Assembly (NCBI GenBank): GCA_937910285.1
Contig: CALEOC010000253.1
Coordinates: 90,817-154,816 of the forward strand
DNA from: an uncultured Myxococcales bacterium
GTDB lineage: Bacteria; Myxococcota; Myxococcia; Myxococcales; UBA5297
Length of the DNA stretch: 64,000 nt
Reading direction: 5' to 3'
Part shown: positions 31,553 to 42,304 of the stretch, piece by piece
Layout: each line of letters begins with the position of its first letter
How positions within the stretch are numbered: position 1 is the first letter of the stretch
The notes under the pieces: model-generated
What the model saw: only the letters and a program-made list of their open reading frames with translations
The model's database searches: none
Told to the model about the DNA's origin: nothing
Translations under genes and position numbers: made by a program

Positions 31553-32515
31553 TTAGACCGCCGGGGAGGTGCGGCGGCCCGGCGTCTGCTTTCGACGAGC
31601 GCGCGTCAGCCGGGCGGCGATCGCCCCGCCCGCCGCGCAGGCGGCGGGCGCGGTCGCCATCCCGGCGATCACGTCGAGGACGTAGTGGTGCGACAGGTAG
31701 ACCGCCGAGAAGGCGACCAGGGCGGCGAAGCCGATGCTGAAGACGCGCAGGAAGATACCCCGGTGCCACAGGTGCCAGACGGCGATGAGCGGGTAGGCCG
31801 CGTGGAGGGAAGGCATCGCGCCGAAGACGTTGGGGTTCATCGAATAGATGCCGGCGAAGACGCCGACCCCGAACATCTCGTCGAAACGCCCCGCGCCCGC
31901 CGAGTGGGGCAGCGCCGCCGGATCGGCCGGGCCGAGCCCGTGCGCGAGCACGTACCACGGCGGCGCGGCCGGATAGAGCGTGTAGGCCGACACCGCGATG
32001 ACGTTGGCCGCGAAAAAGCACCAGCCCATCGCCTCGGCGCGGTCGGGCTCGACGAAGAGGTAGACCAGCAGCGTGCCGAAGAACGGCGCGACGAAACCCA
32101 TGTACGCGATGCCGGCGAAGAGGTCGGCTATCGGATTGGCCCGCGTGGCGAACCAGGCGGCCCAGGGCATCGGCTCCTCCCCGGGGGCCGGAAAGAGCGC
32201 GGCGTCGAGCAGGAAGAGGTCCCCGGTGTGGATCTCGCCGCGCAGGGAGGCGAACGCGAGCTGTTGCAGGTCGAGGTAGAGGAAGAGCGCGAGCCAGAGC
32301 GGCAGTCCGGCGCGCAGCAGCGCCGCGGTGCGACGGCCGCCAAGGGCGAAGGCCGCGAGGACCCCGTCGAGAACGTAGTGCTCCCAGCGCAGGTGGCCGG
32401 AGGCGGCCAACAGCGCGAAGTGGGCGCTCGCGGCGCAGAAGGCCCCTGTGGCCAAGCGCGTTCGCGCAGGGTGCGGCGCGCCGCCTCGCCGAAGCTCGTT
32501 GCTCCCGTCGCTCAT
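31553..32515 (-). CDS. PAP2-superfamily integral membrane protein (AUR1/PAP2_3-like)
   Basis: It is a multi-TM protein with PAP2 motifs PSLHAAYP and SHHYVLDVIAG. Confidence 0.5.
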   Translation of the reverse strand: MSDGSNELRRGGAPHPARTRLATGAFCAASAHFALLAASGHLRWEHYVLDGVLAAFALGGRRTAALLRAGLPLWLALFLYLDLQQLAFASLRGEIHTGDLFLLDAALFPAPGEEPMPWAAWFATRANPIADLFAGIAYMGFVAPFFGTLLVYLFVEPDRAEAMGWCFFAANVIAVSAYTLYPAAPPWYVLAHGLGPADPAALPHSAGAGRFDEMFGVGVFAGIYSMNPNVFGAMPSLHAAYPLIAVWHLWHRGIFLRVFSIGFAALVAFSAVYLSHHYVLDVIAGMATAPAACAAGGAIAARLTRARRKQTPGRRTSPAV

Positions 32516-32810
32516 GAGCAGCGTTCGTAGCGGGGGCGCGGCGCGCGAGGCGAGCCCCGCGAGGCTGCGGCGGTCGCAGAAGTTCGCTGGCGTGCGATTC
32601 GGCCGAGCGCGGCCACGGCAGAAGCGCTCGGGCTTCGAGGGGTCGGTCTCGCCGTTGGTGCGCGCGCCGCTGCGGAGGGTCCGGGGCGAACGAAGCCGAC
32701 CTGCGCGGCGGCCTCGGGCGACGTCGTCGCGGGGGAGCCCGCCGGCCGAGCCGCCTCGACGCTCTGGATTCAGCAGACCCTGGATGCGCGGGCGCGAGGC
32801 CCGGCTCGCC

Positions 32811-34064
32811 TCAGAAGATGCCGTCGCAAGCGGTGCCGAGCACCTCGCCGGCGTATGCGCCGAGCTCGCCGTAGGCGAAGGCCGCGTTGCGGTCGACCGC
32901 GAGCCACACCAGCGAGGTGCGCAGGGCCCCGACGACGAATTCGGCCTCGGTCTGGGCTCCGCGCTTCATCTTCAGGCGCCCGAGCGAGGTGAAGAAGATC
33001 TCCCCGGCCTCATCGACGATGGCGTCCTCGACCTTGATCGCGCGCATCTTGCCCTTGGTCCCGATGAAGAGGCGGAAGTCCTTGTTGCCCTCGGGCTCGC
33101 GCGCCCGATCGACGAAGTAGTAGTTGCCCTCGTCGTCGCGGGCCAGCGCGTGCGCGTGGCGGCGCCAGCGCGGCTTGTAGAGCTGCGCCTTGTCGAGCAG
33201 CTTCTTCGCCTCGCTCTTGCCGAGCAGCTTCAACGGCGCGGCCGTCTTGCCGCACTGCAGTTGCGGGGTGCCGTCCTTGACGCCAAACCCGGCCTGCCAG
33301 CGCGCCGGCGCGCGCGGCTCCCAGAACGAGTAGTCGAAGGAGCCCCCCTGCGCGCTCGCGCCGACTATTCGCTGCTCGAACAAGCGCTTGCCGTCGCCGA
33401 CGAACAGGGCCTGACCCTCGCTCGAGTAGGGGACGAAGGCGAAGTAGCGGCCCTTGCCATCGGTGGCGACCTGCAGCTCGGGGCGCTTGCCGGCGAAGTC
33501 GTAGGGCTCCTCGGCCCAGGCCGGCGCGACCGGCCCGCTCTCGGACGGCAGCGCGGGCTTGCCGTCGGTGCGCGCCGGTCGTGGCGCCGGCGGCGCGAGC
33601 TCGGGGTTGCCGAAGAGCTCCTTGATCATCGGCGCCATCGCGTCGAGCACGTCGTCGACCGTGCCGTTGCGGATTCGCCGATTGGCCTGGGCGAGCATCT
33701 TGGCCCGCTTCACCTCCATCAGCTTGAAGGTGACGAGCCAACTCTCGCCGAGCTTGGAGAGGGTGCCGAAGAGGAGGTGCTCGACCCCGAGCGCGCCCCC
33801 GACCTCGGCGATGCACGTGTCCTCCTGACATCCCAGCAGGGCGCGCTGGCGATCGAAGCCGAGCAGCGTGCCCACCTCCTGCTGCGTGATGAGCTGGATG
33901 CTGGGGATGCGGCGCACCTCGGAGGTGGCCACCTCGGTGATCGAGGCGGCGATCTTCTCGCTCACCCCTTCGCCGGCGGTGAGCGGGACGATGGCGACCT
34001 TGACCTTCTGGGACGGAGCGGCGGAGGTGGCGGCCGCGAGCAGGGCGATGAGCAGGGTAGGCAT
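32811..34064 (-). CDS. Secreted hypothetical protein
   Basis: The signal peptide MPTLLIALLAAATSAAPS opens a ~417-aa, well-balanced sequence. The upstream ORF extension is low-complexity. Confidence 0.4.
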   Translation of the reverse strand: MPTLLIALLAAATSAAPSQKVKVAIVPLTAGEGVSEKIAASITEVATSEVRRIPSIQLITQQEVGTLLGFDRQRALLGCQEDTCIAEVGGALGVEHLLFGTLSKLGESWLVTFKLMEVKRAKMLAQANRRIRNGTVDDVLDAMAPMIKELFGNPELAPPAPRPARTDGKPALPSESGPVAPAWAEEPYDFAGKRPELQVATDGKGRYFAFVPYSSEGQALFVGDGKRLFEQRIVGASAQGGSFDYSFWEPRAPARWQAGFGVKDGTPQLQCGKTAAPLKLLGKSEAKKLLDKAQLYKPRWRRHAHALARDDEGNYYFVDRAREPEGNKDFRLFIGTKGKMRAIKVEDAIVDEAGEIFFTSLGRLKMKRGAQTEAEFVVGALRTSLVWLAVDRNAAFAYGELGAYAGEVLGTACDGIF

Positions 34065-34218
34065 GCCCGATATTCCTACTCCAGGCGAGGGCTCGCGATC
34101 ACCTCGGGGCGGGGCCGGACGACGGCGCGCATGCATCGCCGGGGCTTCTTTGGTCCGGGCGTATCGCGACGGACCCCGTGCGAGCGCGCGCTGCTTCGAG
34201 CGACTTGCCGACACCCCA

Positions 34219-35142
34219 TCAGTCGAGCTGGAAGGTGTACGTGTAGGTGATCTCGGTGACGATGGGCTCGCCACCTTCGGTGCCCGGCTTGAAGGCGAAG
34301 CGGCGCACCGCCTCGAGCGCGGCTTCGTCGAAGCCGTGGCCGGCGCGCTTGACCAGCCGGGCCTGGGTCACCTTCCCGGTCGCGTCGATGGTCAATTCGA
34401 GGATCACCTGGCCCTCGATGCCCAGCTTGCGCGCCTCCTCCGGGTACTTCGCCTTCACCTCGCGCGAGAGCTCCGGCAGCTTGGTGACCTTGTAGCGCGG
34501 CACGTAGCGGCCGGTGGGCGACGCGTAGGGCTTCACGTCCTCGGCTTTGGGCGCGACTGTCGGGGCGCTTCCGTACAGGGTGTTGCCGACCGGCGCGGCA
34601 AACGAGCCGGCCGTGGTCGTCGAGGACATGGAGATGCCGATCATGATCGGCGCTTGGGGCGCGGTGTCGGCCGGCGCAGCGTCGTTGGGCGGAGGGGGCA
34701 GCTCTTCGGTGAGCTCCGGGGGCGGCGGCGGCGCGTCCTTGGGGGGCGGGGGCGCGGGCTGCTCGAGCGGCTTGGGCGGCGGCTTGGGCTTGGTTTTCAC
34801 CACCTTCGGTGGTTCGGGCTTCTTCTCCTCGGGAGCGGGCTCGGGAGCGGGCGGCGGTGGTGGCGGCTGCTTCTGGACGACCTCGAATTCGACGGGCTGC
34901 TGCGCCTCGGGAGGCGGCGGGGCGCTGGCTTTGAAGGCGATGAGCAGCGCGAGCAGCGCGTGAAGGGCGGCCGAGCCCGCCAGCCCGGCGCCTTGGGCGG
35001 CGCGGGTCCTCGCCGGTGGTGGAGCGGCGAGCCTGGGCCCCGCGGGCGCCGCCGGGCGCGAGGCCTGCGCGCCGTTCGCCCGGCTGGCGGGCGGCGGGTG
35101 AGCCGAGTGCCTGTCGCTAGGCGGCTGGAGGGTGGGATCCAC
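34219..35142 (-). CDS. tonB: TonB-family protein
   Basis: It has an N-terminal TM, a Pro/Lys-rich spacer (PPPPPAPEPAPEEKKPEPPK...), and a C-terminal TonB domain (...GIEGQVILELTIDATGKVTQARLVK...). Confidence 0.75.
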   Translation of the reverse strand: MDPTLQPPSDRHSAHPPPASRANGAQASRPAAPAGPRLAAPPPARTRAAQGAGLAGSAALHALLALLIAFKASAPPPPEAQQPVEFEVVQKQPPPPPPAPEPAPEEKKPEPPKVVKTKPKPPPKPLEQPAPPPPKDAPPPPPELTEELPPPPNDAAPADTAPQAPIMIGISMSSTTTAGSFAAPVGNTLYGSAPTVAPKAEDVKPYASPTGRYVPRYKVTKLPELSREVKAKYPEEARKLGIEGQVILELTIDATGKVTQARLVKRAGHGFDEAALEAVRRFAFKPGTEGGEPIVTEITYTYTFQLD

Positions 35143-35154
35143 CAGGGCTCCGGG

Positions 35155-35574
35155 TCAGTTGGCCGTCACGTCCTTCTCGATGTTGATAGCGAACTTGGCT
35201 ATCCCGGCTCCCTTGATCAGATCGATGACGCGGACGACCGAGCCGTGCAGGGCGTTCTTGTCCGCGCTGATGATCGCGCGGGCCTCCTTGTCCTTGGCGA
35301 GCGCCTCGGCGACCTTGCGCTCGAGGGCGGCCTCGTCGCCCTCGACCCCGTCGACGAAGACCTTGGCGTCCTTGGTGAGCACGATGTTGAGCATCACCCC
35401 GACGCTCTCGCCGCCGTGCGCGGCCCGGGGCAGCTCGACCTCGATGGACTCGCGCACGATGTAGGTCGCGGTCACCATGAAGATGATGAGCAGCACGAGC
35501 ACCACGTCGACCAGCGGCGTCACGTTGATGCCGGCGATCAGCTCCTCGTCGTGGTTGTCTTGGGGGAGAGCCAT
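35155..35574 (-). CDS. exbD: Biopolymer transport protein ExbD/TolR
   Basis: INVTPLVDVVLVLLIIFMV is the ExbD signature. Confidence 0.85.
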   Translation of the reverse strand: MALPQDNHDEELIAGINVTPLVDVVLVLLIIFMVTATYIVRESIEVELPRAAHGGESVGVMLNIVLTKDAKVFVDGVEGDEAALERKVAEALAKDKEARAIISADKNALHGSVVRVIDLIKGAGIAKFAINIEKDVTAN

Positions 35575-35640
35575 CGCTCTTTTCTCGGCGCGTGAAGTGG
35601 TCTTTGGCGCGGCGGTGTGGGGCGTCGTGGGCTCCTCGAG

Positions 35641-36282
<642 letters not shown>

Positions 36283-36675
36283 CGATTATCCGCAGATGAA
36301 GAGACTACACGGGCGTACCGCGTGCGCTGCTAGCCATTTCGCGCTGTGTGGTCCCTGCCCGTGAGAGTGGCCATTGAATACTTGCTGGCTGCCAAGTCAA
36401 GCACCGGCCATGCCCTCGCCGGTGCAAGCGCGCTGCTGGCGTCCGACGCACGCCGGGAGGCCCGCGGGCCGCCCGGGGACCGGCCGTGGCTTCTGAGCGG
36501 CCTGACAGCGTTTTGCCGGGTGCCTGCGATGGCCGAAGCGAGGGTGGCAAGCGAGTTCTCCGTCCATGGAGTCGCGTGAGAGGCAATCTTGCGATGCCGC
36601 CTTGGCCTCGCAACGCGCCGCTCGAGCACCTGGGGACGAGGGCCTCGCCCAATTGCTGAGGCTTCGAGTGGCGTG

Positions 36676-37152
36676 CTATGCCAGCGGGCCATGGATATCG
36701 CCATCCTCAAGAGAATCCCGCTCTTCGAAGGCCTCAACTCGACCCAGCTCGCCAAGGTGGCCGGCATCACCGTCGAGCGCGTGTGCAGAAAGGGCGAGAA
36801 GATCTTCGCGGAGGGCGATGCGGGCTATGAGTTCTTCGTCATCGTCGAGGGCCGCGTGCGCATCTCCAAGCACGTGCCGGGCATCGGCGAGGAGGCGCTG
36901 GCCATCCTCGAGCCCGGCTCCTACTTCGGCGAGATGGCGCTGGTCGACGACACGCCGCGCTCGGCGGACGCCATCGCTCACACCGACTGCCTCCTGCGGG
37001 TCATCAAGCGCGATGAGCTCGACGGGCTGATGTTCACCGACAAGGACATCGCCTACACGCTGCTCTGGACCTTCGTGCGCACGCTGGCGGTGCGACTGCG
37101 CGAGACGAACGACAAGATCAAGGCGTTCTTCGCGATGGCCGCGCGCTTCTAA
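36676..37152 (+). CDS. Standalone cyclic-nucleotide-binding (cNMP) domain protein
   Basis: LFEGLNSTQLAKVAG...GEKIFAEGDAGYEFFVIVEGRVRI...GSYFGEMALVDDTPRSADA is the CAP effector-domain signature. No HTH domain is present. Confidence 0.75.
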   Translation, partial: LCQRAMDIAILKRIPLFEGLNSTQLAKVAGITVERVCRKGEKIFAEGDAGYEFFVIVEGRVRISKHVPGIGEEALAILEPGSYFGEMALVDDTPRSADAIAHTDCLLRVIKRDELDGLMFTDKDIAYTLLWTFVRTLAVRLRETNDKIKAFFAMAARF

Positions 37153-37276
37153 CCGCCTCGGCGCGCCTTGTCGTCCCTCCGAGCGCGCTTTGCGGCGACT
37201 CGGCAGGCGCGCGTTTCTGCCAGGTGAGGCCGGCGCGGGTGGGGGGCGGCGCAGCGCGTCGGGGAGAAGCGCTCGG

Positions 37277-37885
37277 CTACTTGATCATCGTCCCCAGGCT
37301 GCTCCAGACGAACTCGAAGCGGTCGTTGAGAAAGTCCTTGGGCGAGATGCCCATGATGTTGCCCTCGGCCCAGCCCTGACCGGTGGCCTTCTGCAGCGAC
37401 TTCTCCACGAGCTCGGTGCAGGTGAAGCGCGACTCGTCCTCGAAGTCGAGGTCGAAGTCGTAGGGCTTGCCGATCTGCGAACGGGCATACTCGATGGCCT
37501 CGGCGACCTGCTCCGGGGCGAGGCCCTTGGGGCGGACCACGATGGCCGCATCGCCCTCGCTGCAGAACTCGGCGAGGTCGACCTCGCGCACGTCATGCGT
37601 GGTGGCGTCCACGATCCTGCCGTCGCCCGCGTAGAGCGCGGCATGGCCCCAGTAGCCGGGGATGACCCAGTTCGAGGTGGTGCCGTCGGTGCGCCGGAGG
37701 ATGACGTCGCCCGGCTCGAGCGCCTCCGAGAGCCTGCGGCGGGCCTGGTCGTCGAGCCGATGGACATGCGGGTCGTAGTCGATGCCGGTGAGGAAGAGGA
37801 CGACGTGCTTCTTGAAGCGATACCAGGGGCCCTCGGGCGGATGCAGCGGAACGGCACTTTCGACTGACGTGGGCGACGGGGGCAT
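37277..37885 (-). CDS. YiiX/YaeF-like permuted papain-fold (C92/NlpC-P60-related) hydrolase; start uncertain (ORF open to 38344)
   Basis: ...WGHAALYAGDGRIVDAT...GKPYDFDLDFEDESRFTCTELVEKS carries a catalytic Cys in the permuted-papain arrangement. Confidence 0.4.
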   Translation of the reverse strand: MPPSPTSVESAVPLHPPEGPWYRFKKHVVLFLTGIDYDPHVHRLDDQARRRLSEALEPGDVILRRTDGTTSNWVIPGYWGHAALYAGDGRIVDATTHDVREVDLAEFCSEGDAAIVVRPKGLAPEQVAEAIEYARSQIGKPYDFDLDFEDESRFTCTELVEKSLQKATGQGWAEGNIMGISPKDFLNDRFEFVWSSLGTMIK

Positions 37886-38697
37886 CGTCAGGCAGACCTG
37901 CGGCTTCGCCTCGCCGCGGGCGAAAGAGTCGGGCCTGGCCGTCACGGCCGCCTGTCCCGTGGCCTGGGGCTTGGTTTCGAGGGCGGGGATGAGCTGCGGC
38001 TGCCGCGGCTGGACTTTCACGTTGAGCCTCCTCGCTTTCGCGGGGCATTTTCGACGCCACTGCGCCCTGAGTTGCTCGAGGCCGAGAGCTCTTTTCGCCT
38101 TCTGCTCGAGTCTGCTCCCGCTCGCAGCACACCACTTCGACCGGCCTTCGGACTGGGGAGGGCAGGATGCCGAAGCATCGTAAACCACGGCTAGATGGCC
38201 CTTGAAGGCCGAAAGCCTGTTGTCGTCGAGTCGAGTCTTGCCCGGGTCGGCGGGATTATTGATGGCCGGGGCTTCGACAACCTTGGGCGTCGGGGGCCGA
38301 TGGTACCGGCCTTGGGGTCGGCAAGTCGATGGCGTGATCGACAAAACCGCGGGTTGCGGCCAGGTCGATGTCGAGATCGATCGAATCGATCATGCGCCCC
38401 TACCACCCCGCGGCCGGTCGCCCAGGTTCCCGACTCTCGACTCTGCTGTTCGCCATTTTGCGGCCGAATCAGCCCCCGCCATCCCAATCGCTGGCGGAGG
38501 GACTGCGGCTTCGGCCCAGCGCGAGAGCGCCATCAGCGGGAAGGCGAACGGGTACGACGGGTAGTTCAAGCAAGTGAACGCGCCGGTGCGCGGTCGCTGG
38601 CCTGAACGGCGTTCGCCGCGCGCCGTCTCGGCTCTGGCGGGGGCCCGCCGCGCTTCGTCCGCCTGCCACCCGCCCGGCCAGCTCCTCAGTGCAGGCA

Positions 38698-39957
38698 TCA
38701 GCGGTGCGGCGGGCTCGCCACCGGGCCAGCGGAAGGGCCGGTGGAGAAGCGGAAGGTCTCGCCGGGGACCGGCAGGGTCCAGGCTGCGCCGTGCGGCCCG
38801 CAGCGATCAGGTGCGCAGTCGCTCTCGGTCTTGTTGAGCGGCGCGACGCCGCGTCTCTCCGGTAGCTCGCGCTCGACGATGTCGACGAAGCGCTCGAGGG
38901 CCGTGTCGTCGAGGACCACGCGCAGCGGCTCGAGCGGATCTGAGCGAGGCTGCAGGAAGTCCTCCCAGTGTCCGCCGATGACGTAGCGCACCTTGTGGTG
39001 GCGCAGGAGCGGACCGGGATAGTCGTCGGTCTCCTCGAACCCGGGGACGCAAGAGATGTGCAGGTCGACGTCGCGCTCGGCCACCTTCTCCTTCGAGAAG
39101 AAGCCATGGGGAGGCGAGGCCGCCGCGTCGGTGTAGTGGATGCGGAAGGCGACCTCGCCGCGCTCGTTGAGCAGGTCGATGAGGAAGGCCCAGGTGTTGC
39201 CAAGCTTGAAGTCGTCGGCGGAGGAGGGCAGCTCCGGCCGCGGCTGCTTGACGTACCCGCCGTAGGCCGCCACGTCGAGGCCGGCGAGGTTGAGGTGCGG
39301 GGCGTGGCCATGGTGGGCCGGGGTGATGCGCATGCCGGCGAGCGGGCAGCGCGCCGTCTCGTCGCCGCTGCCGTAGTCGAGCGGGGCGACGCAGCCGAAG
39401 CGAGAGGTCATCGCCGCGAGAATGTTGACGGTGGAGCGATCCGCTATCAGCGCGGGCTTGCCGGCGATCAGGCCTTCGGCGAAGAAGCCCGGCACGTCGG
39501 CGACGTGGTCGACGTGGCCGTGGGCGATGAGCACGGCGGTCACCTCGCCCACCGGCGTTCCTGCGAATCCCGCGCGGACCGCGGCCTCGTCGGGGACGAT
39601 CTGGACGAGCGAGGAGACCTGTGAGGCGAGGAGGCGCTGGACGCTGTGATTGGTGAAGTAGGGCGCCGCCAGCAGGTAGCTTTTTCCCCACCGGATGCCC
39701 CAGCCTCCGGCTCCGTAGTAGTGCAGCACCACGACGCCGGCGGGGGCGTCGAAGTCTTGCAGGCGCGCAGCGAGCGCGCGCTCGGGAATCGGCTGGCCGC
39801 GCAGCGTCAAGCCTCCCGCGGAAGAGCGCGCGGAAGGTGGTGCCAACCCCGGGGCGGCCGCGCCCGGCTCGGTCGGGGCAGGGCGAGCGTGCGAGCAGGC
39901 GGTCACGAACGCAGCGAAGGTGGCGCAGAGCAGGAGGCGAGGAGCAGGGACGCGCAT
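38698..39957 (-). CDS. Metallo-beta-lactamase-fold hydrolase lipoprotein
   Basis: It starts MRVPAPRLLLCATFAAFVTAC (lipobox). The HxHxDH motif IAHGHVDHVAD is present. Confidence 0.6.
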   Translation of the reverse strand: MRVPAPRLLLCATFAAFVTACSHARPAPTEPGAAAPGLAPPSARSSAGGLTLRGQPIPERALAARLQDFDAPAGVVVLHYYGAGGWGIRWGKSYLLAAPYFTNHSVQRLLASQVSSLVQIVPDEAAVRAGFAGTPVGEVTAVLIAHGHVDHVADVPGFFAEGLIAGKPALIADRSTVNILAAMTSRFGCVAPLDYGSGDETARCPLAGMRITPAHHGHAPHLNLAGLDVAAYGGYVKQPRPELPSSADDFKLGNTWAFLIDLLNERGEVAFRIHYTDAAASPPHGFFSKEKVAERDVDLHISCVPGFEETDDYPGPLLRHHKVRYVIGGHWEDFLQPRSDPLEPLRVVLDDTALERFVDIVERELPERRGVAPLNKTESDCAPDRCGPHGAAWTLPVPGETFRFSTGPSAGPVASPPHR

Positions 39958-40166
39958 GGCGCAGACTTTGAGCTTCGGTCGCGCCCGGGAGTCAACCCGC
40001 TTCTTTCTCGGCCACTCGAGCGACAGGAGGGGGCGATGCGCGGGAGCTCGGACGCGGACCGGTGGCGGGAATCCCGCGGCCAGACGGCCCCCGGTGCTCG
40101 TCGGGGCGTCCCGAGGTGCCTGAGCCGCGATCGCAGGCAGGTCTTGGTCCCGCCGCCAGCCAAGCC

Positions 40167-42110
40167 TCAGCAGTCCTGACTCGCCCTCTCGAGCCGCTCC
40201 TGCACCTCGGCCCACTGCGCGAGCAGCCCCTCGAGCTCGACTTTGTTCTTCTCGTAGGTCTCCATCAGCGGGCGGGCGCGCGCGAAGTCGCCGTAGAACA
40301 CAGGGTCGGCGAGCTGCGGTTCGATCTCGCTCTGCTGCGCCTCGATTGCAGCGATGCGCGCCTCGCACCGGGCGACCTCTTCGCGCAAGGGCCTCAGGCG
40401 CGCGTTGAGCGCGTTGCGCTCTTCGGCCTCGCGGCGCCGGCGATCCTTCTCGGTCTCGCGCTTGGGCTCGGCCGAGCTCTGGGCCGCCTGCTGTCCGTCG
40501 CCGCTTTGGGCGAGGTGGTAGAGGTAGTCGGCCAGGTTGCCCGGCCAGTCGACGATCTTTGCTTCGCGCACGTCCCAGACCCGCGTCGCCAGCCGGTCGA
40601 TGAACCGGCGGTTGTGCGAGACGAAGAGCAGGGTGCCGCCGTAGCCTTCGAGCGCGTCGATGAGCTTCTCGGTCGAGCTGATGTCCAGGTGGTTGGTCGG
40701 CTCGTCCATCAGCAGCAGGTTCGACGGCAGGACGAGCAGCCGTGCCAGCGCGACTCGCGCCTTCTCGCCGCCCGAGAGCACGCCGATGCGCTTGTCGACG
40801 TCGTCGCCCGAGAAGAGGAAGGCGCCCAAGACCGAGCGCACCCAGGTCTGGGGACGGTCGGGCACCATCGACCAGATCTCCTCGAGGATGGTCTTGGCCG
40901 GGTCGAGCAGGTCGGTGTGGTGCTGCGCGTAGTAGGCGAGCTCGACGTGGTGCCCCTTCTCGATGCCCCCGCGATCGAGCTCGAGCTCGCCGGCGGTCAG
41001 CTTGAGCAGCGTGGTCTTGCCCGCGCCGTTGGCTCCGATGATCGCGATGCGCTCGCCGCGGTAGACCGTCTGCTCGAGCCCCTCGTAGATGCGCTTCTCG
41101 CCGAAGGCCTTGGCCACGTCGCGAAAGCGCAGCGCCTCGCGGCCCGAGCGCGCCGCCTCCGGGAACTGGAAGTGGATCGTCGAGCGCTTCTCGAGGACGC
41201 TGATGACCTCCTGCTTCTCGAGCAGCTTGATGCGGCTCTGCACCTGACGCGCTTTGGTCGCCTTGGCGCGAAAGCGCTCGATGAACTCCTCCATCTGCGC
41301 GCGCTCGGCGGCCTGGCGGCGCGCACGGCCCGCGAGCTCCTCCTCCTCGGCGGCGCGTTGGCGCTCGTAATCGTCGTAGTTGCCGCTGTAGCCGCGCAGC
41401 CCCTCGATCTCGAACGACAGGACCCGGTCGATCTGCCGGTTGAGGAAGTCGCGATCGTGGCTGACGACGAGCAGCGCCTTGCCCGCGCGGCGCAGGAAGT
41501 CGTCGAACCAGACGAGCGAGGGGACGTCCAGGTGGTTGGTCGGCTCGTCGAGCAGCAACAGCTCGGGACCCATCAGCAGCAGGCCGGCGAGCGCGGCGCG
41601 CATCTTCCAGCCTCCCGAGAGCCTCTGCACGGGCCGCTCGAAGTCCTTCTTCTCGAACCCCAGGCCGGCCAGGATGCGCTCGGCCTGATGGCGCCCGTAG
41701 CGCTCCTCGAAGGCGTTGAGCTCCTCGTGCAGGTCGGCGAGCTGGGCGGCGAGGTCGAGGCGCTCGTCGTCGTCGTCGGCCTCGGCGAGCGCGGCCTCGG
41801 TCGCCAGCAGCCGCTCGGTGAGCCGGTCGCGATCGGGGACGGCCGACAGCACCGTGTCGAGGAGCGCTCCGGGCGGCAGCTCCAAGATGTCCTGCGGCAG
41901 GTAGCCGGCGCGCACGCCCTTGCTGAAGCTGACCGTGCCGTCGTCGGGCGCGAGCTGCCGGGAGAGAATCTTGAGCAGCGTCGACTTGCCGGTGCCATTG
42001 GCGCCCACCAGGCCGATCCGGTCGCGGGCGTTGATGGAGAAGCTCGCCTCCTCGAGCAGCACCTTGGGGCCGAAGGAGAGCGAGAGGCGGCTGGCGGTCA
42101 CGAGGCTCAT
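40167..42110 (-). CDS. ABC-F family ATPase (Uup/YheS/EttA-like, two ABC domains plus C-terminal coiled coil)
   Basis: Two Walker A motifs (GANGTGKST, GANGAGKTT), two LSGG signatures, and a C-terminal charged coiled coil are present. No TM domain is present. Confidence 0.85.
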   Translation of the reverse strand: MSLVTASRLSLSFGPKVLLEEASFSINARDRIGLVGANGTGKSTLLKILSRQLAPDDGTVSFSKGVRAGYLPQDILELPPGALLDTVLSAVPDRDRLTERLLATEAALAEADDDDERLDLAAQLADLHEELNAFEERYGRHQAERILAGLGFEKKDFERPVQRLSGGWKMRAALAGLLLMGPELLLLDEPTNHLDVPSLVWFDDFLRRAGKALLVVSHDRDFLNRQIDRVLSFEIEGLRGYSGNYDDYERQRAAEEEELAGRARRQAAERAQMEEFIERFRAKATKARQVQSRIKLLEKQEVISVLEKRSTIHFQFPEAARSGREALRFRDVAKAFGEKRIYEGLEQTVYRGERIAIIGANGAGKTTLLKLTAGELELDRGGIEKGHHVELAYYAQHHTDLLDPAKTILEEIWSMVPDRPQTWVRSVLGAFLFSGDDVDKRIGVLSGGEKARVALARLLVLPSNLLLMDEPTNHLDISSTEKLIDALEGYGGTLLFVSHNRRFIDRLATRVWDVREAKIVDWPGNLADYLYHLAQSGDGQQAAQSSAEPKRETEKDRRRREAEERNALNARLRPLREEVARCEARIAAIEAQQSEIEPQLADPVFYGDFARARPLMETYEKNKVELEGLLAQWAEVQERLERASQDC

Positions 42111-42304
42111 GGCGAAGGAACAAGGGAGAGCGGCCCCGTCGAGCCGCGCGATTTCAAGCAGCGGCACAGGGTGCCCAAGAGGCGCCGGGCACGCAAGCGT
42201 TGCTCAGCCTGGGGTGGCCGGCCGCGCCAGCGAAGGCTCGCTCCTTCGGCAAGCAAGCTGGTAGAAGAGAGCGCCAGCCCTCTGCTCGAGTCCCGGGAGA
42301 TGAA

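Noticed and set aside
36380-36410. Sigma-54 promoter at TGGCCATTGAATACTTGCT upstream of the cNMP-binding gene
   Set aside because: The spacing between the GG and GC dinucleotides is 13 nt instead of the required 10, and the -24 element is TGGCCA rather than TGGCAC.
39958-42123. Upper part of the 1141-aa ORF 38698-42123 as one giant protein
   Set aside because: It runs in an alternate frame across the ABC-F gene 40167-42110, which has unmistakable Walker/LSGG motifs. Only the 38698-39957 portion, with its own signal peptide and HxHxDH motif, is a real gene.
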